Shown here one piece after another: positions 1-9,442 of a stretch of 64,000 bases of DNA; the first letter of the stretch is position 1, and each line of letters starts with the position of its first letter. This stretch comes from Candidatus Thalassarchaeaceae archaeon (GTDB lineage: Archaea > Thermoplasmatota > Poseidoniia > Poseidoniales > Thalassarchaeaceae). The stretch is taken from assembly GCA_045568075.1 (NCBI GenBank), contig JBJLBP010000001.1, forward strand, positions 102,307-166,306, given 5' to 3'. The position numbers were made by a program, and so were the translations under genes. The notes below the pieces were generated by a model that was given only the letters and a program-made list of their open reading frames with translations, ran no database searches and was not told the origin of the DNA.

Positions 1-1196
1 CATTCGAAGTGCCCTGCCTCGGTTGGTGGGCGACCGAAGTGTCCGCCCGCGGCGGTTGCTGAGTATAGCGGGCGGTTGAGTTTGAGTTGCTGCACGATGG
101 CGGCTGGCCGGAAGTCGAAGACGTTGGCCACGCGTGTGGTCAATTCGTCATCACTGATCGTGCCGGTCCCGAAAGTCTCGACGCGCAAGCTGACAGGAGC
201 GGCCACGCCGATGACGTAAGCGACTTGGATCTCACAGCGGGAAGCAAGTCCTGAGGCAACCACATGCTTGGCCGCCCAGCGTGCGTAGTAAGTGGCGGAG
301 CGATCGACCTTGGTCGGATCCTTGCCTGAGAAAGCCCCACCGCCGTGTCGAGCCATCCCGCCATAGGTATCGACGACGATTTTCCGACCTGTGATACCTG
401 CATCTGCGTAAGGTCCGCCAGGGTCGGCGAAGCGGCCCGTTCCATTGACGTGCAGAATGTAGCCATCTCCAATCCAGTGGGCTGGAATCGCGTGCTCCAC
501 AACCTCGCTCTTGATTACCTCTCGAATGTGTGCTTGCTCGGCTTCGACATCGCCTCCGAAGCGGTCTTTCAGAGCGTCATCATGCTGCACTGCGACGACC
601 ACGGTATGGACTCGCAATGGATTCCCATCATCGTCGTATTCGACCGTTACCTGGCTCTTTCCATCCGGTCGAATCCAATCGATTTCGTCATTGGCGACAA
701 TCATATCGAGACGGCGGCAGATGCGCTGAGCGAGGGCGGCAGAAAGAGGAAAGTAGCGACCGTGTAATTGCCCGCCGGTCTCGGTTTCAGTGCAGGCGTA
801 ACCGAACATCATTCCCTGATCGCCTGCACCGACATCATCCAGTGAGTTCCCATCGACACCTTGAGCGATGTTCGCTGCCTGTGTCGTCACATTGACTTGG
901 ACATCGCACAAATCACTCGAAGTCGCATCCATGCCAATCGCGTGATTGGTGTAGCCGATACGAGCAGCTGTAGAACGAGCGATTGCCTCGTAATCGGGTG
1001 CATCGCCATCGAGACTGACTTCTCCTGCAAGGATAATCACCGCTTTGTGGCTCATTCCTTTGACCATAGTTTCGACTGCGACACGTGCGCTAGAATCAAT
1101 GTTCAGACACGCGTCGACAATCGCATCAGAGATTGCATCACAGACTTTGTCAGGATGCCCTGCGCTCACCGATTCTGAGGTAAAGAGTGCAGTCAT
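1..1196 (-). CDS. metK: S-adenosylmethionine synthetase, bacterial/eukaryotic MetK type; C-terminus cut by window edge
   Basis: Reverse-strand translation from ATG (rc of 1194-1196) reads MTALFTSESVSAGHPDKVCDAISDAIVDA... and contains the hallmark motifs GAGDQGMMFGYA and HGGGAFSGKDPTKVDRSATYYARWAAKH; frame stays open to position 1. Confidence 0.93.
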   Translation of the reverse strand, partial: MTALFTSESVSAGHPDKVCDAISDAIVDACLNIDSSARVAVETMVKGMSHKAVIILAGEVSLDGDAPDYEAIARSTAARIGYTNHAIGMDATSSDLCDVQVNVTTQAANIAQGVDGNSLDDVGAGDQGMMFGYACTETETGGQLHGRYFPLSAALAQRICRRLDMIVANDEIDWIRPDGKSQVTVEYDDDGNPLRVHTVVVAVQHDDALKDRFGGDVEAEQAHIREVIKSEVVEHAIPAHWIGDGYILHVNGTGRFADPGGPYADAGITGRKIVVDTYGGMARHGGGAFSGKDPTKVDRSATYYARWAAKHVVASGLASRCEIQVAYVIGVAAPVSLRVETFGTGTISDDELTTRVANVFDFRPAAIVQQLKLNRPLYSATAAGGHFGRPPTEAGHFE

Positions 1197-1330
1197 GGTT
1201 CATCCGGCCGTCCAGCCATATATGGGTTTTCGGCGGGCTGAATATCTCCGCTGAGATCGCTTTTGTCCATAATTCTCTCACAGAACAATTCAGCCGATGC
1301 ATTGAGAAATGGAGCCCTTTCGGAGGCAAT

Positions 1331-2068
1331 ATGGCAATCATGGCTGAATCCGAAGATCAGGGGCCGGTACTCTTCCCAGAGCAAGTCGTCAATGGCTTGC
1401 CAACAATCTATTCATTCCAGTCATGCCCATTTTGCTTCAAGATTCGTGCACTGCTTGCGAGTCGCGGAATCCGCTACGCAGACGTCGAGGTCGAGCCGAT
1501 GAAAAAGGCCGAACTCGCTTGGTCGGAATGGAGCGCAGTGCCCGTATTTGTCGACTCGGATGGAACCGCAATGAACGAGTCTAATGACATTCTGCATTAC
1601 ATCGATTCGAAGCATGGGAACCTCTTCCCTCGGGCCGGAGAGGATGCGGAACAAGACCGTTGGATGGAATTCAGCAACCAAGTTCTGGGCAAGTCGATTG
1701 TCGCAGTAATCTACCGCACTTTCAGCAGCTCCTTCCGCGCACTCGAATACGTCAACGGCATCGAGAATTTCTCGCGCAAAGACAAACTCGTCAACAAGTA
1801 TCTCGGCGGCTTCGTCATGAAAATGGTCGGCCGCTCACGAGCAAAGATGTTCGACGAACCGCCGCGTCAAAACCTCAAGACTCAGCTCGATCATCTCAGC
1901 ACCGGATTGAATGGGGATTTCTTTGGCGGCGAAAGTCCCAACGGCGCTGACTTCGCAAATTACGGAATCCTACGCTCAATGCAAGGACTGGAGGGCTCCG
2001 ACATCCTCGAATCTCACCCCACTGCCTTCCCGTGGTACAACCGCGTGCAGATGTTTTCAGGCATTTGA
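1331..2068 (+). CDS. glutathione S-transferase / Grx2-like thioredoxin-fold protein
   Basis: ORF 1187-2068, probable ATG at 1331 (MAIMAESEDQ); N-terminal thioredoxin-like domain with CPFC active-site motif (SFQSCPFCFKIRALL) followed by a helical C-terminal domain as in GST-family proteins. Confidence 0.6.
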   Translation: MAIMAESEDQGPVLFPEQVVNGLPTIYSFQSCPFCFKIRALLASRGIRYADVEVEPMKKAELAWSEWSAVPVFVDSDGTAMNESNDILHYIDSKHGNLFPRAGEDAEQDRWMEFSNQVLGKSIVAVIYRTFSSSFRALEYVNGIENFSRKDKLVNKYLGGFVMKMVGRSRAKMFDEPPRQNLKTQLDHLSTGLNGDFFGGESPNGADFANYGILRSMQGLEGSDILESHPTAFPWYNRVQMFSGI

Positions 2069-2133
2069 AACACTGGCGTGCGACCTAATTCCGCGACCGC
2101 AGCAGCGATAGATAGCAGCGGGGTGCGCTAACC

Positions 2134-2379
2134 ATGACCGAGGTCGAGACCGAGATGGCCTGGGTGGGCGACTTGGACAAGGCCGAATTTTTGCTTGCAG
2201 CAGTCGAGGGCGATGATTCGGTTGAAATCGAATTGGTAATCGGTTGCGACGAGGCTGAGGCTGGATTACGATTCCACGTCAAAGGCGATGATCTCCGAGA
2301 GGTGCGGGCGATTGTAGATGGATTGCTCGCCCGGTTGGGCGCGGCTGAGGCGGAATTCGATTCTGTCAGTCGCGCATGA
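2134..2379 (+). CDS. hypothetical small acidic protein
   Basis: 81-aa ORF in intergenic position with ATG start; no recognisable motif. Confidence 0.35.
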   Translation: MTEVETEMAWVGDLDKAEFLLAAVEGDDSVEIELVIGCDEAEAGLRFHVKGDDLREVRAIVDGLLARLGAAEAEFDSVSRA

Positions 2380-3385
2380 GCGCTTTTGCCGCCTTTCTGC
2401 CACTATCCACGGCGGCGTCTGATAGTTCGTGTGTATTTGCCACATGAGTGCCGGCGAGCACGATTCGATTCTCGAGGTATAACTCGCCGTCTAAGCGCTC
2501 TTCAGCGCTGCAAGGGTGGAGCATGATAGATTCGGTTGAACGGCGCGCTGCGACCATGTTTCTCCATCCTGAGCAGCGCGAATCGAGGAAGGATTTGATC
2601 GCGTCTAGACCTTCCTCGCCGTCTGCGTGTAAGCAGACAGCGTGTATGATTGTACATTCCTCGACGCTGCCCCTCTCGCTCAGACGATCGGGCTGCGTCG
2701 CATCGATGACGAGGACACCTGAGTCCTCTCCCCAATAACCAGAGTAAGGGCCCATCGGCTTGCCCATCAAGGCAGCATCGATGGCAGCGACTCGTTGTTC
2801 TGAACAGCTCTCAAGAGATTCCGTGGTCAGGCTTGTCTCGGTAAGTAATGCTGCAGCCGCCTTTGGTGGAATGGCGAGGACCACCGCATCGCAATCGACT
2901 TCTTCTCCAGCAACGCGAACTGCCTTGACTCTATTTTCGTCATCGAGAATTACTGCTTCGGCCGGCTTTTCGGCAAGTATCTCAACACCAAGTTCGCGAG
3001 CACCTAAAATCAGCCGGCCAACGATGCTTGACCAACCGCCAGTGGGGAGGATTAGGCGCTCTTCGCTCGACCCCTCCAATCTCATACTCGAGAGGACTTG
3101 CCGCGCGCGCGTTGCGTCGCAACCAACTGGGAATAGGCGCGCAGCATCCCATTTCTTTCCAAGTACACGCGGCGCGCGAAGCCGGCGCAATAATTGCTGA
3201 AAAGGACCGCGCCGACGCATCAAATGCAATCCTGAATCGAGGACCCATTCTCCTGATTCTTGCATGCGAACTCGACCCCCAAGAGTTCCCTTCAGATCGA
3301 CAAGAAGGACAGCGGCCCCCTCTGCTGCGAGTTGAATGGCCGCTGACAAACCCGCGACTCCCCCGCCTATGACAACGACGCGCAC
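2366..3385 (-). CDS. FAD-dependent oxidoreductase (amine oxidase / protoporphyrinogen oxidase-like)
   Basis: ORF 2366-3505; dinucleotide-binding motif VRVVVIGGGVAGLSAA near N-terminus suggests the GTG at 3385 as start; C-terminal LAGTHVANTHELSDAAVDSG resembles flavin amine-oxidase family ends. Confidence 0.6.
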   Translation of the reverse strand: MRVVVIGGGVAGLSAAIQLAAEGAAVLLVDLKGTLGGRVRMQESGEWVLDSGLHLMRRRGPFQQLLRRLRAPRVLGKKWDAARLFPVGCDATRARQVLSSMRLEGSSEERLILPTGGWSSIVGRLILGARELGVEILAEKPAEAVILDDENRVKAVRVAGEEVDCDAVVLAIPPKAAAALLTETSLTTESLESCSEQRVAAIDAALMGKPMGPYSGYWGEDSGVLVIDATQPDRLSERGSVEECTIIHAVCLHADGEEGLDAIKSFLDSRCSGWRNMVAARRSTESIMLHPCSAEERLDGELYLENRIVLAGTHVANTHELSDAAVDSGRKAAKALMRD

Positions 3386-3475
3386 CTGCGGGCGTTTCGG
3401 CTGGTGGCGAATGAGGTTTCTTCTTCGGCTTGGTGATTCGGACCATTGAAAGTGGAGGCCTGACCTCCTCGATTT

Positions 3476-4441
3476 GTGACCAGACTGCCTCATGACCGGT
3501 CTCACCTGCTCTGGGAGGGTGGTGAAAACGCTGGCTCACCGAATGATACGGGCGGACCGTCAACACTGTTTCTGCAGTCAATTGACCGCTGGGTGGATGC
3601 AATGGTTGCCGACGAGCACGGCGGTGGCGCGAGTTCTGACGAAGCGATTTCAGGGCTGGTTCGCGCCAAGGCAGCCGGTCTGATTGCAGGCTGTAGCGCC
3701 GCCGACCGGCTCGTCTCTAGGCACTTTTCTGATTGCACCTTGGATTGGGCGGTTCGTGACGGTGATTCCGTTGCGATTGGCGACTCTGTGCTGACTCTTT
3801 CTGGCCCTGCTGCTCAAGTTCTGCGCTGCGAGCGCATCATGCTGAATTTGCTCGGTCGGATGTCGGGAATTGCAACTTACACCGCTGATTGGGTCGGCTC
3901 GGCTGGCTCGATGGGAGTGGCTTGTACGCGCAAAACCGAATGGGGGCTGCTCGACAAGTGGGCGGTTCACATTGGCGGGGGTCTGACTCACCGCTTGTCG
4001 CGTGCTGATGCTTTGATGATCAAGGAGAATGATTTGGTAGCGCTCGCGCCGGATGCTGAAGATGAGGCGAGCGCTGTCGCCGCAGCGGTGGCAGGAATTG
4101 ACATGGATGCCGATGCAGCGTTCACTGTAGTCGAAGTTCGTGATGAGGCTCAGGCTGTGGCTGCTGCTGGTGCCTGGGCTGAGGCTCAGGTTGATCGCAG
4201 CGGTTGCGAGCGAATTGTGCTACTGCTAGACAATATGGGCGCTAGTGGATGTGCGCAGGCCCATTCAATACTCGTCGCAGAGGACCTGCGATCTTGGTGT
4301 ATACTCGAAGGCTCGGGCGGTGTGAGCCGTGCTGAGCTCGAAGATTGGGTGGCGAGCGGTGTTGATTTGATTTCGACAAGCGCTCTCAACAGAGGTGTAG
4401 CTCCGCTCGACCTCTCAATGAGAGTGGAAGGAGGTGACTGA
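3476..4441 (+). CDS. nadC: nicotinate-nucleotide pyrophosphorylase (quinolinate phosphoribosyltransferase) family
   Basis: Motifs CERIMLNLLGRMSGIATYT, LLLDNM, EGSGGV and GVDLISTSAL match the QPRTase/ModD fold; start may be GTG 3476 or ATG 3602; contains an alanine-rich insertion. Confidence 0.6.
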   Translation: MTRLPHDRSHLLWEGGENAGSPNDTGGPSTLFLQSIDRWVDAMVADEHGGGASSDEAISGLVRAKAAGLIAGCSAADRLVSRHFSDCTLDWAVRDGDSVAIGDSVLTLSGPAAQVLRCERIMLNLLGRMSGIATYTADWVGSAGSMGVACTRKTEWGLLDKWAVHIGGGLTHRLSRADALMIKENDLVALAPDAEDEASAVAAAVAGIDMDADAAFTVVEVRDEAQAVAAAGAWAEAQVDRSGCERIVLLLDNMGASGCAQAHSILVAEDLRSWCILEGSGGVSRAELEDWVASGVDLISTSALNRGVAPLDLSMRVEGGD

Positions 4442-5227
4442 ATGGGAGAGATTCCTGATTCACACCCGCGCAAGGCATCTCTTCTCGCGCGCGCTAAACT
4501 TACCGAGGCATCCCTACAAGGGCTTCTTGCTGAATCTGCAATGATTGCTCATGGCCGCGGTGAAGCCTTCGATTACCTTCTCGGCGAGCAAACCAGCGAT
4601 TCAGCTCGAGCAGCAATTGGTGAATCGGCGGCTCGACTGCGAGCGGCCAAACACCCGATCATTTCACTCAACGGGAATACCACTGTCCTCGCAGGAGCCG
4701 ATGCAATCAGGGCAGCAGCAATCCTTGGTTGCTCAGTCGAGGTGAACATCTACTATCGAACTCCTGAGCGAATGAGCAAACTGAACGAAACACTCGAAGA
4801 ACTTCGCGAAGAAGTTGCTAACAACGCCCCTCCAGAAGGATGGATGGGTTCGCAGTGGCCCGAATCGGTGCGTGCAGTGGAAATTCTTGGGGCAAAGGCA
4901 GATGGTCGAATCGCTGGCCTTGAAGGTCCACGCTCTCAATGTAGCTCACGTGGTATAGAAGCGGCTGATGCAGTACTGGTTCCCCTTGAAGACGGCGATA
5001 GATGTGAAGCCCTTATCGCCCTCGGCAAGCAAGTTATCGTCATTGATCTCAACCCTCTTTCGCGAACCGCACGTATGGCCCACGTTACAATCGTCGACGA
5101 AGTCAGTCGGGCGATGGCCGAACTATGCCGAGCCCTTGTTGCAGAACCCCAAGTAAGCGATTGGGATAACGAACAGGCTCTACGTGATGCCCTAGAAATC
5201 ATGGGCGAGGCCTCAAAGCGAATTTGA
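4442..5227 (+). CDS. 4-phosphopantoate--beta-alanine ligase (archaeal phosphopantothenate synthetase, COG1701)
   Basis: AHGRGEAFDYLLGE, SLNGN, LVPLEDGDRCEAL and IDLNPLSR match my recollection of the archaea-specific PPS family; ATG at 4442. Confidence 0.7.
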   Translation: MGEIPDSHPRKASLLARAKLTEASLQGLLAESAMIAHGRGEAFDYLLGEQTSDSARAAIGESAARLRAAKHPIISLNGNTTVLAGADAIRAAAILGCSVEVNIYYRTPERMSKLNETLEELREEVANNAPPEGWMGSQWPESVRAVEILGAKADGRIAGLEGPRSQCSSRGIEAADAVLVPLEDGDRCEALIALGKQVIVIDLNPLSRTARMAHVTIVDEVSRAMAELCRALVAEPQVSDWDNEQALRDALEIMGEASKRI

Positions 5228-5236
5228 GAATCGCAT

Positions 5237-6427
5237 TCAAGCCATTGCGAACTGCTCGCGTAGCATCTTTTCACAGCGGTCTGCAATGGCTTGCCCGACC
5301 TCGGAAGTACTAGCGCTTCCACCGAGGTCGTAAGTCATACATCCACTCTCTTCGAAATGCTGTTGGATTGCAGTTTGAAGAATATCAGCACACATATCGA
5401 GGTTCTCGTCCTCATTGCGGTATGCGAGGGCTTCGAACATCAACTGAACAGATTGCAAAGTCGCAATCGGATTCACAACGTTGAGTCCGGCATACTTTGG
5501 TGACGAGCCGTGTACCGGCTCGAAGAGCATGTGCTTCGGGCCAAGATTGGCGCTAGCTGCCATTCCCATTCCACCCTGTAGGACGCTGGCAAGGTCTGTT
5601 GCGATATCACCGAACATGTTGGGGAGGACGACGACGTCGAGGTTTTCTGGACTCCTCATCAGCCACATTGTGAATGCATCGATATAGGCCTTATTGGTGC
5701 TAATATCGGGGTTTTCCTCAGAAATTTCATCGAAAATACTGCGGAATAATCGGCACCCACGCGTAACGTTCGACTTGTCCACACAAGTCACCGTCTGCGG
5801 GGCACCCATCTTGCGTTGGCGATGGCGGGCGAAGTCGAATGCGAACTTGATTACCCGCTCGCTTCCCTTCCTTGAAATTGGGCGCGGGTCCCATGCAACC
5901 TCGCCATCGAGCCCAGGGAATTCATCGATTACGATGGGGTCATCCTTCCCTCCCTTCGCTTTCTGCTCCATTCTGCGAAGAAGTGAGTGGTAGAGGCCTT
6001 CTGTATTCTCACGGATCATCACCATATCGACGAGATCCGGATTCCAGATTTGCTGGTGGATTCCGTGAATCTTGTGCGGGACTCCTTTGTAGAGCTTGAC
6101 TGGACGGACGTTGGCGAATAGCTTCAGTCCACTGCGAAGGCCCAGAATTGTTTGGCCGCCAGCCATGTCTCCATTCGGAAGGCGGGCGTCGGGCCAGCCT
6201 ATTGCGCCGAGGAGAATTGCATCAGAATTGTCTCGGCAATGCTCGAATGAACCGGCTGGCCACTCTTCGCCTGTTTCGAGATAATACTGGCCTCCGCAAG
6301 GAATTTCGGTGATATCAAAGGAAGATGGGCTGTTCTCTTCAAAGACAGCGATGACTCGTAGAGCCTCCGCGATGACTTCTCGCCCAGTTCCGTCTCCGGG
6401 CAGCACTGTGAGGCGATAGGCTGTCAT
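5237..6427 (-). CDS. isocitrate/isopropylmalate dehydrogenase family protein (probably NAD(P)-dependent isocitrate dehydrogenase)
   Basis: About 396 aa from MTAYRLTVLPGDGTGREV; C-terminal LGPKHMLFEPVHGSSPKYAGLNVVNPIATLQSVQLMF is typical of beta-decarboxylating dehydrogenases. Confidence 0.75.
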   Translation of the reverse strand: MTAYRLTVLPGDGTGREVIAEALRVIAVFEENSPSSFDITEIPCGGQYYLETGEEWPAGSFEHCRDNSDAILLGAIGWPDARLPNGDMAGGQTILGLRSGLKLFANVRPVKLYKGVPHKIHGIHQQIWNPDLVDMVMIRENTEGLYHSLLRRMEQKAKGGKDDPIVIDEFPGLDGEVAWDPRPISRKGSERVIKFAFDFARHRQRKMGAPQTVTCVDKSNVTRGCRLFRSIFDEISEENPDISTNKAYIDAFTMWLMRSPENLDVVVLPNMFGDIATDLASVLQGGMGMAASANLGPKHMLFEPVHGSSPKYAGLNVVNPIATLQSVQLMFEALAYRNEDENLDMCADILQTAIQQHFEESGCMTYDLGGSASTSEVGQAIADRCEKMLREQFAMA

Positions 6428-6498
6428 CGAGTCGCGGCACCTACTCATCATTCATCAATCCGACCCATCTATTCCTTCAATGGGAGAATCGAATCTCT

Positions 6499-6536
6499 CG
6501 CCTGCGTGTAAGAGAATTTGCACCCCCTCGCAGGCG
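6499..6536 (+). promoter_or_regulatory. inverted repeat CGCCTGCG-N22-CGCAGGCG in divergent promoter region
   Basis: 8-bp perfect arms between the divergently transcribed dehydrogenase gene and the 203-aa ORF. Confidence 0.2.
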
Positions 6537-6571
6537 ATATTTCATAGACGGTCAATGCGAACAAGAAAGAC

Positions 6572-7183
6572 ATGGACCGGTCGGGAGACGACGGGAGCGA
6601 ATCTCCACGCATAGATGTGAAGACGTTGCCAGATTCAGTCGCGCGCCTTTGGGAGACGATGCTGCGGCTCGATCCTTCATGGGATTTAGCGCGCTGGCTA
6701 GACGAGAGAGCTGAGGAAGAATTGGAGCTTGTAGAGTCTCATCTTGGGCGTGAGCGCATGCGTCTAGAACAGAGACTGCATCGAATCGAGACTTTGGTCA
6801 AGCGGCTCAAGAGGCAGCGAGAAGTAACTGATCGAGGCCTGATGAATGATCCCCTGCAGAAGAATCTCTTCGATGTCTTCGATGGGCCAGCCATCCCATC
6901 GGATGAGATGTATGAGGTGGACGAAGCTGATGAGCCCGTGGTCTCGGGTGGAATACTCGGAGTCGAGGATGACCCTCTGCTGGCGATTGTTGCTGAACAC
7001 ATCCTCGGAACAATTGAAGTGGCCTCGCTGCAAAAGGCGGCGGCTGTCCATTTCGATGAGCTTATCGGGGCACTGAGTCCCATGGGAATCTCTGTTGATG
7101 AGGTCGATGAGGCGATTGCGCACCTCTTACAACATCGTATAATTATCGAGTTAGAACAGGATTTATTTGGTCTGAACTCGTAA
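6572..7183 (+). CDS. hypothetical acidic coiled-coil protein
   Basis: 203-aa ORF with ATG start ending 15 nt before the methyltransferase ORF; predicted coiled coil (LELVESHLGRERMRLEQRLHRIETLVKRLKRQ) and acidic C-terminal half; no known motif. Confidence 0.5.
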   Translation: MDRSGDDGSESPRIDVKTLPDSVARLWETMLRLDPSWDLARWLDERAEEELELVESHLGRERMRLEQRLHRIETLVKRLKRQREVTDRGLMNDPLQKNLFDVFDGPAIPSDEMYEVDEADEPVVSGGILGVEDDPLLAIVAEHILGTIEVASLQKAAAVHFDELIGALSPMGISVDEVDEAIAHLLQHRIIIELEQDLFGLNS

Positions 7184-7197
7184 TTTTTCCCTCGAAA

Positions 7198-9231
7198 GTG
7201 AGGTTGGAAGCAACCGTTCCCTTCAAAGAAGAGACCCCTGTCGGCAGTCGCGTCGATATCATGGTAAGCGACGCATCGGGATGGTACGCACGACTTGATA
7301 GGTCGTGCGAGAATAGAATCGAACAACTCGACTCGTGGCTTGATGCCTGGGAAGAGTCGATTCGGCACAATATCCCTATCGCAGCCACAATGCCCAGCGA
7401 TTGGCCCACACTGCCTGCTGGGCTACTCTCGAATCCAGGAGCGGTTCTCGACCATATGCTGGCGCGCTACGATGCTGAAATTGATGGTCGCTCGCCTCGC
7501 GGTGCTTACGCAACTCCCGCCCGCTTCGCGGATGCAATGCTCGCCGATGAGCTCGGTGAGCGAGGTGCCGGAGTATCAACTCAGATGCCAACGGACATTT
7601 CGCTGGCCGCTCTACCTCCTGGCTTCCGCGCCTTTGCCGCTCAAATGAACGAGGCAAACTCACCCGAACTGGACGATGATTTGGACGAGGCGGTGCTGGC
7701 TGGAGAGAAGACCGCCTCTGGAATCCCACTTCCCTTTGCCGACCCAGCAGTCGGAGCCGGCCTCTTCCCCGAGCGCGTACTGAAGGTTCACTACGAGCGA
7801 ATCGATGGAATGTCGGACTCGGCTCGAAAGGAGGATACAATTCGACTCCTCTCAAACATGCAACTTCTCGATATCTCTGAGATCGCCGTGAGCTGTACTC
7901 GTCGGCGTCTCTTACTGGTTCTAGCCAAATCGGGTCTCGTCGACCTCGATGGGCCTGGTGACGATTCGCGCATCGCCCGCGAGGAAGCGGAGATTCTACT
8001 CGATTCCAGCGTCCAGCATGGTGATGCACTGCGCGGCATCTGGCCTTGGAATGATGAGCCGCGCCTACTAATTTGCAATCCTCCTTGGTTGCGCATCAAG
8101 GATAGGTTCCGAGGTCATCCTGATGGTAGCAATCTGCGTAAGGAATTGTCTCGAGAGTTGCGCAGTATCACAGAGGATGATGGTCGGCTACGATTCAGCA
8201 CCCTTCTTGGTAATGTGAACCTCTACCGCCTATTCCTCGAGCGTTCCTTACAACTCGTCAGCGAAGGAGGTCGAGTTCGTATGATTGTACCCGATTCACT
8301 GTTGCGCGAGAAGAGTAGCGTACCTCTTCGAAAGCTCATCGTCGAGCGGAACGAATGGGACTCAGCTTGGTCATTCCCTGAGAGTCAGAGGGTTTTCCCT
8401 GGGGTCTCGCAGGGTGTTCTTGTCATCGGCATCACCGTTGGGGGAGAAACTTCTGCTCTGAGGAGCTGGGGTCCTTTGGAGAGCAGCGATGTTCTACCTT
8501 CGACTGGACTCGACCCAAAATCACCGGAACTCGTCCTTGAGCGCGAAATTTGGTCGGTCTGGACCGATATGAATTGGGCTGTCCCGAGAATGCCGCGCGC
8601 TGAACATGAGCGCCGCTCGGTTCTGAAGGCGATTTCGCAACTCGCTGAACTGCCTCGCCTATCTGAGGAACATAATTGGCTCAACCCGAGTGGCGAACCA
8701 ATCCGTGTTCGTGTCGGAGAAATTGACCAAACTACGTGGTCGTCTGACATCCGTGATTGGAACCCTCGCTCTCGTGGCACACCATTCATCCGCGGAATCC
8801 ACTTCAACCTCGATGGAAGCAAGGTCTCAATCAACCACCCTGGATACAACTCCTCGATCCCAAGGGACTCACTCGAGCGGTCGCAGGCTCTGTGGAAGGG
8901 GCCTATCGAGTCGCGCGGAGTAAGTCGGATCGCTTGCCAGGCCATCGTTAACGCTCAGCAAAACCGCCGACTGCGTTGGGTCGTCGTACCCCCAGACTGT
9001 GTTCTAGGGAATTCGGTGAATTTCCTCGAGTTGCCAGAGGCTGTTCTAGACAGTCTCGCAGAGCAGTATGGAACTCTCGATGATGGTCTGCTCTGGCTTG
9101 CTGAGCACCTAAACTCAGACAAACTCAATCTCTGGTCACGTGCCTGGGCGGCGAATAATAACGTCAACAATTACGAGATCGAAAACCTACCCTTCCCACC
9201 CCCAGTCAGCCTCGCTGCTATTCAACTGTGA
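7198..9231 (+). CDS. N6-adenine-specific DNA methyltransferase, gamma class (Eco57I/TaqI-like)
   Basis: Motif X GAYATPARFADAML, motif I FADPAVGAGLF and motif IV LLICNPPWLRIKD in gamma-class order, followed by a roughly 380-aa C-terminal domain; GTG at 7198 or ATG at 7261 as start. Confidence 0.7.
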   Translation: MRLEATVPFKEETPVGSRVDIMVSDASGWYARLDRSCENRIEQLDSWLDAWEESIRHNIPIAATMPSDWPTLPAGLLSNPGAVLDHMLARYDAEIDGRSPRGAYATPARFADAMLADELGERGAGVSTQMPTDISLAALPPGFRAFAAQMNEANSPELDDDLDEAVLAGEKTASGIPLPFADPAVGAGLFPERVLKVHYERIDGMSDSARKEDTIRLLSNMQLLDISEIAVSCTRRRLLLVLAKSGLVDLDGPGDDSRIAREEAEILLDSSVQHGDALRGIWPWNDEPRLLICNPPWLRIKDRFRGHPDGSNLRKELSRELRSITEDDGRLRFSTLLGNVNLYRLFLERSLQLVSEGGRVRMIVPDSLLREKSSVPLRKLIVERNEWDSAWSFPESQRVFPGVSQGVLVIGITVGGETSALRSWGPLESSDVLPSTGLDPKSPELVLEREIWSVWTDMNWAVPRMPRAEHERRSVLKAISQLAELPRLSEEHNWLNPSGEPIRVRVGEIDQTTWSSDIRDWNPRSRGTPFIRGIHFNLDGSKVSINHPGYNSSIPRDSLERSQALWKGPIESRGVSRIACQAIVNAQQNRRLRWVVVPPDCVLGNSVNFLELPEAVLDSLAEQYGTLDDGLLWLAEHLNSDKLNLWSRAWAANNNVNNYEIENLPFPPPVSLAAIQL

Positions 9232-9324
9232 CCGGGGTCGAATCCTTCTCGGATTGACAATTACTTTCGATGTCGTCTGATTTTCGCTTTGTGTCGGTGA
9301 AGTGGAAATTTAGAGGATGAAGTC

Positions 9325-9340
9325 CGGAAATTCATTTCCG
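9325..9340 (+). promoter_or_regulatory. inverted repeat CGGAAAT-TC-ATTTCCG upstream of the THEP1 gene
   Basis: 7-bp perfect arms read directly, about 100 nt upstream of the ATG at 9443; statistical support is weak. Confidence 0.2.
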
Positions 9341-9442
9341 TCGAACGGAGCAATTGACCCTTTTAGACCAAATTGATTATTACGAGCGCATCGCGTACGC
9401 AGGGCGTACCATCGCGTTAGCGTTTGTCAGATAGGCGAGATT

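Noticed and set aside
9232-9250. T-arm-like sequence GGGGTCGAATCC just after the methyltransferase stop
   Set aside because: No complementary T-stem or acceptor stem in the flanking sequence.
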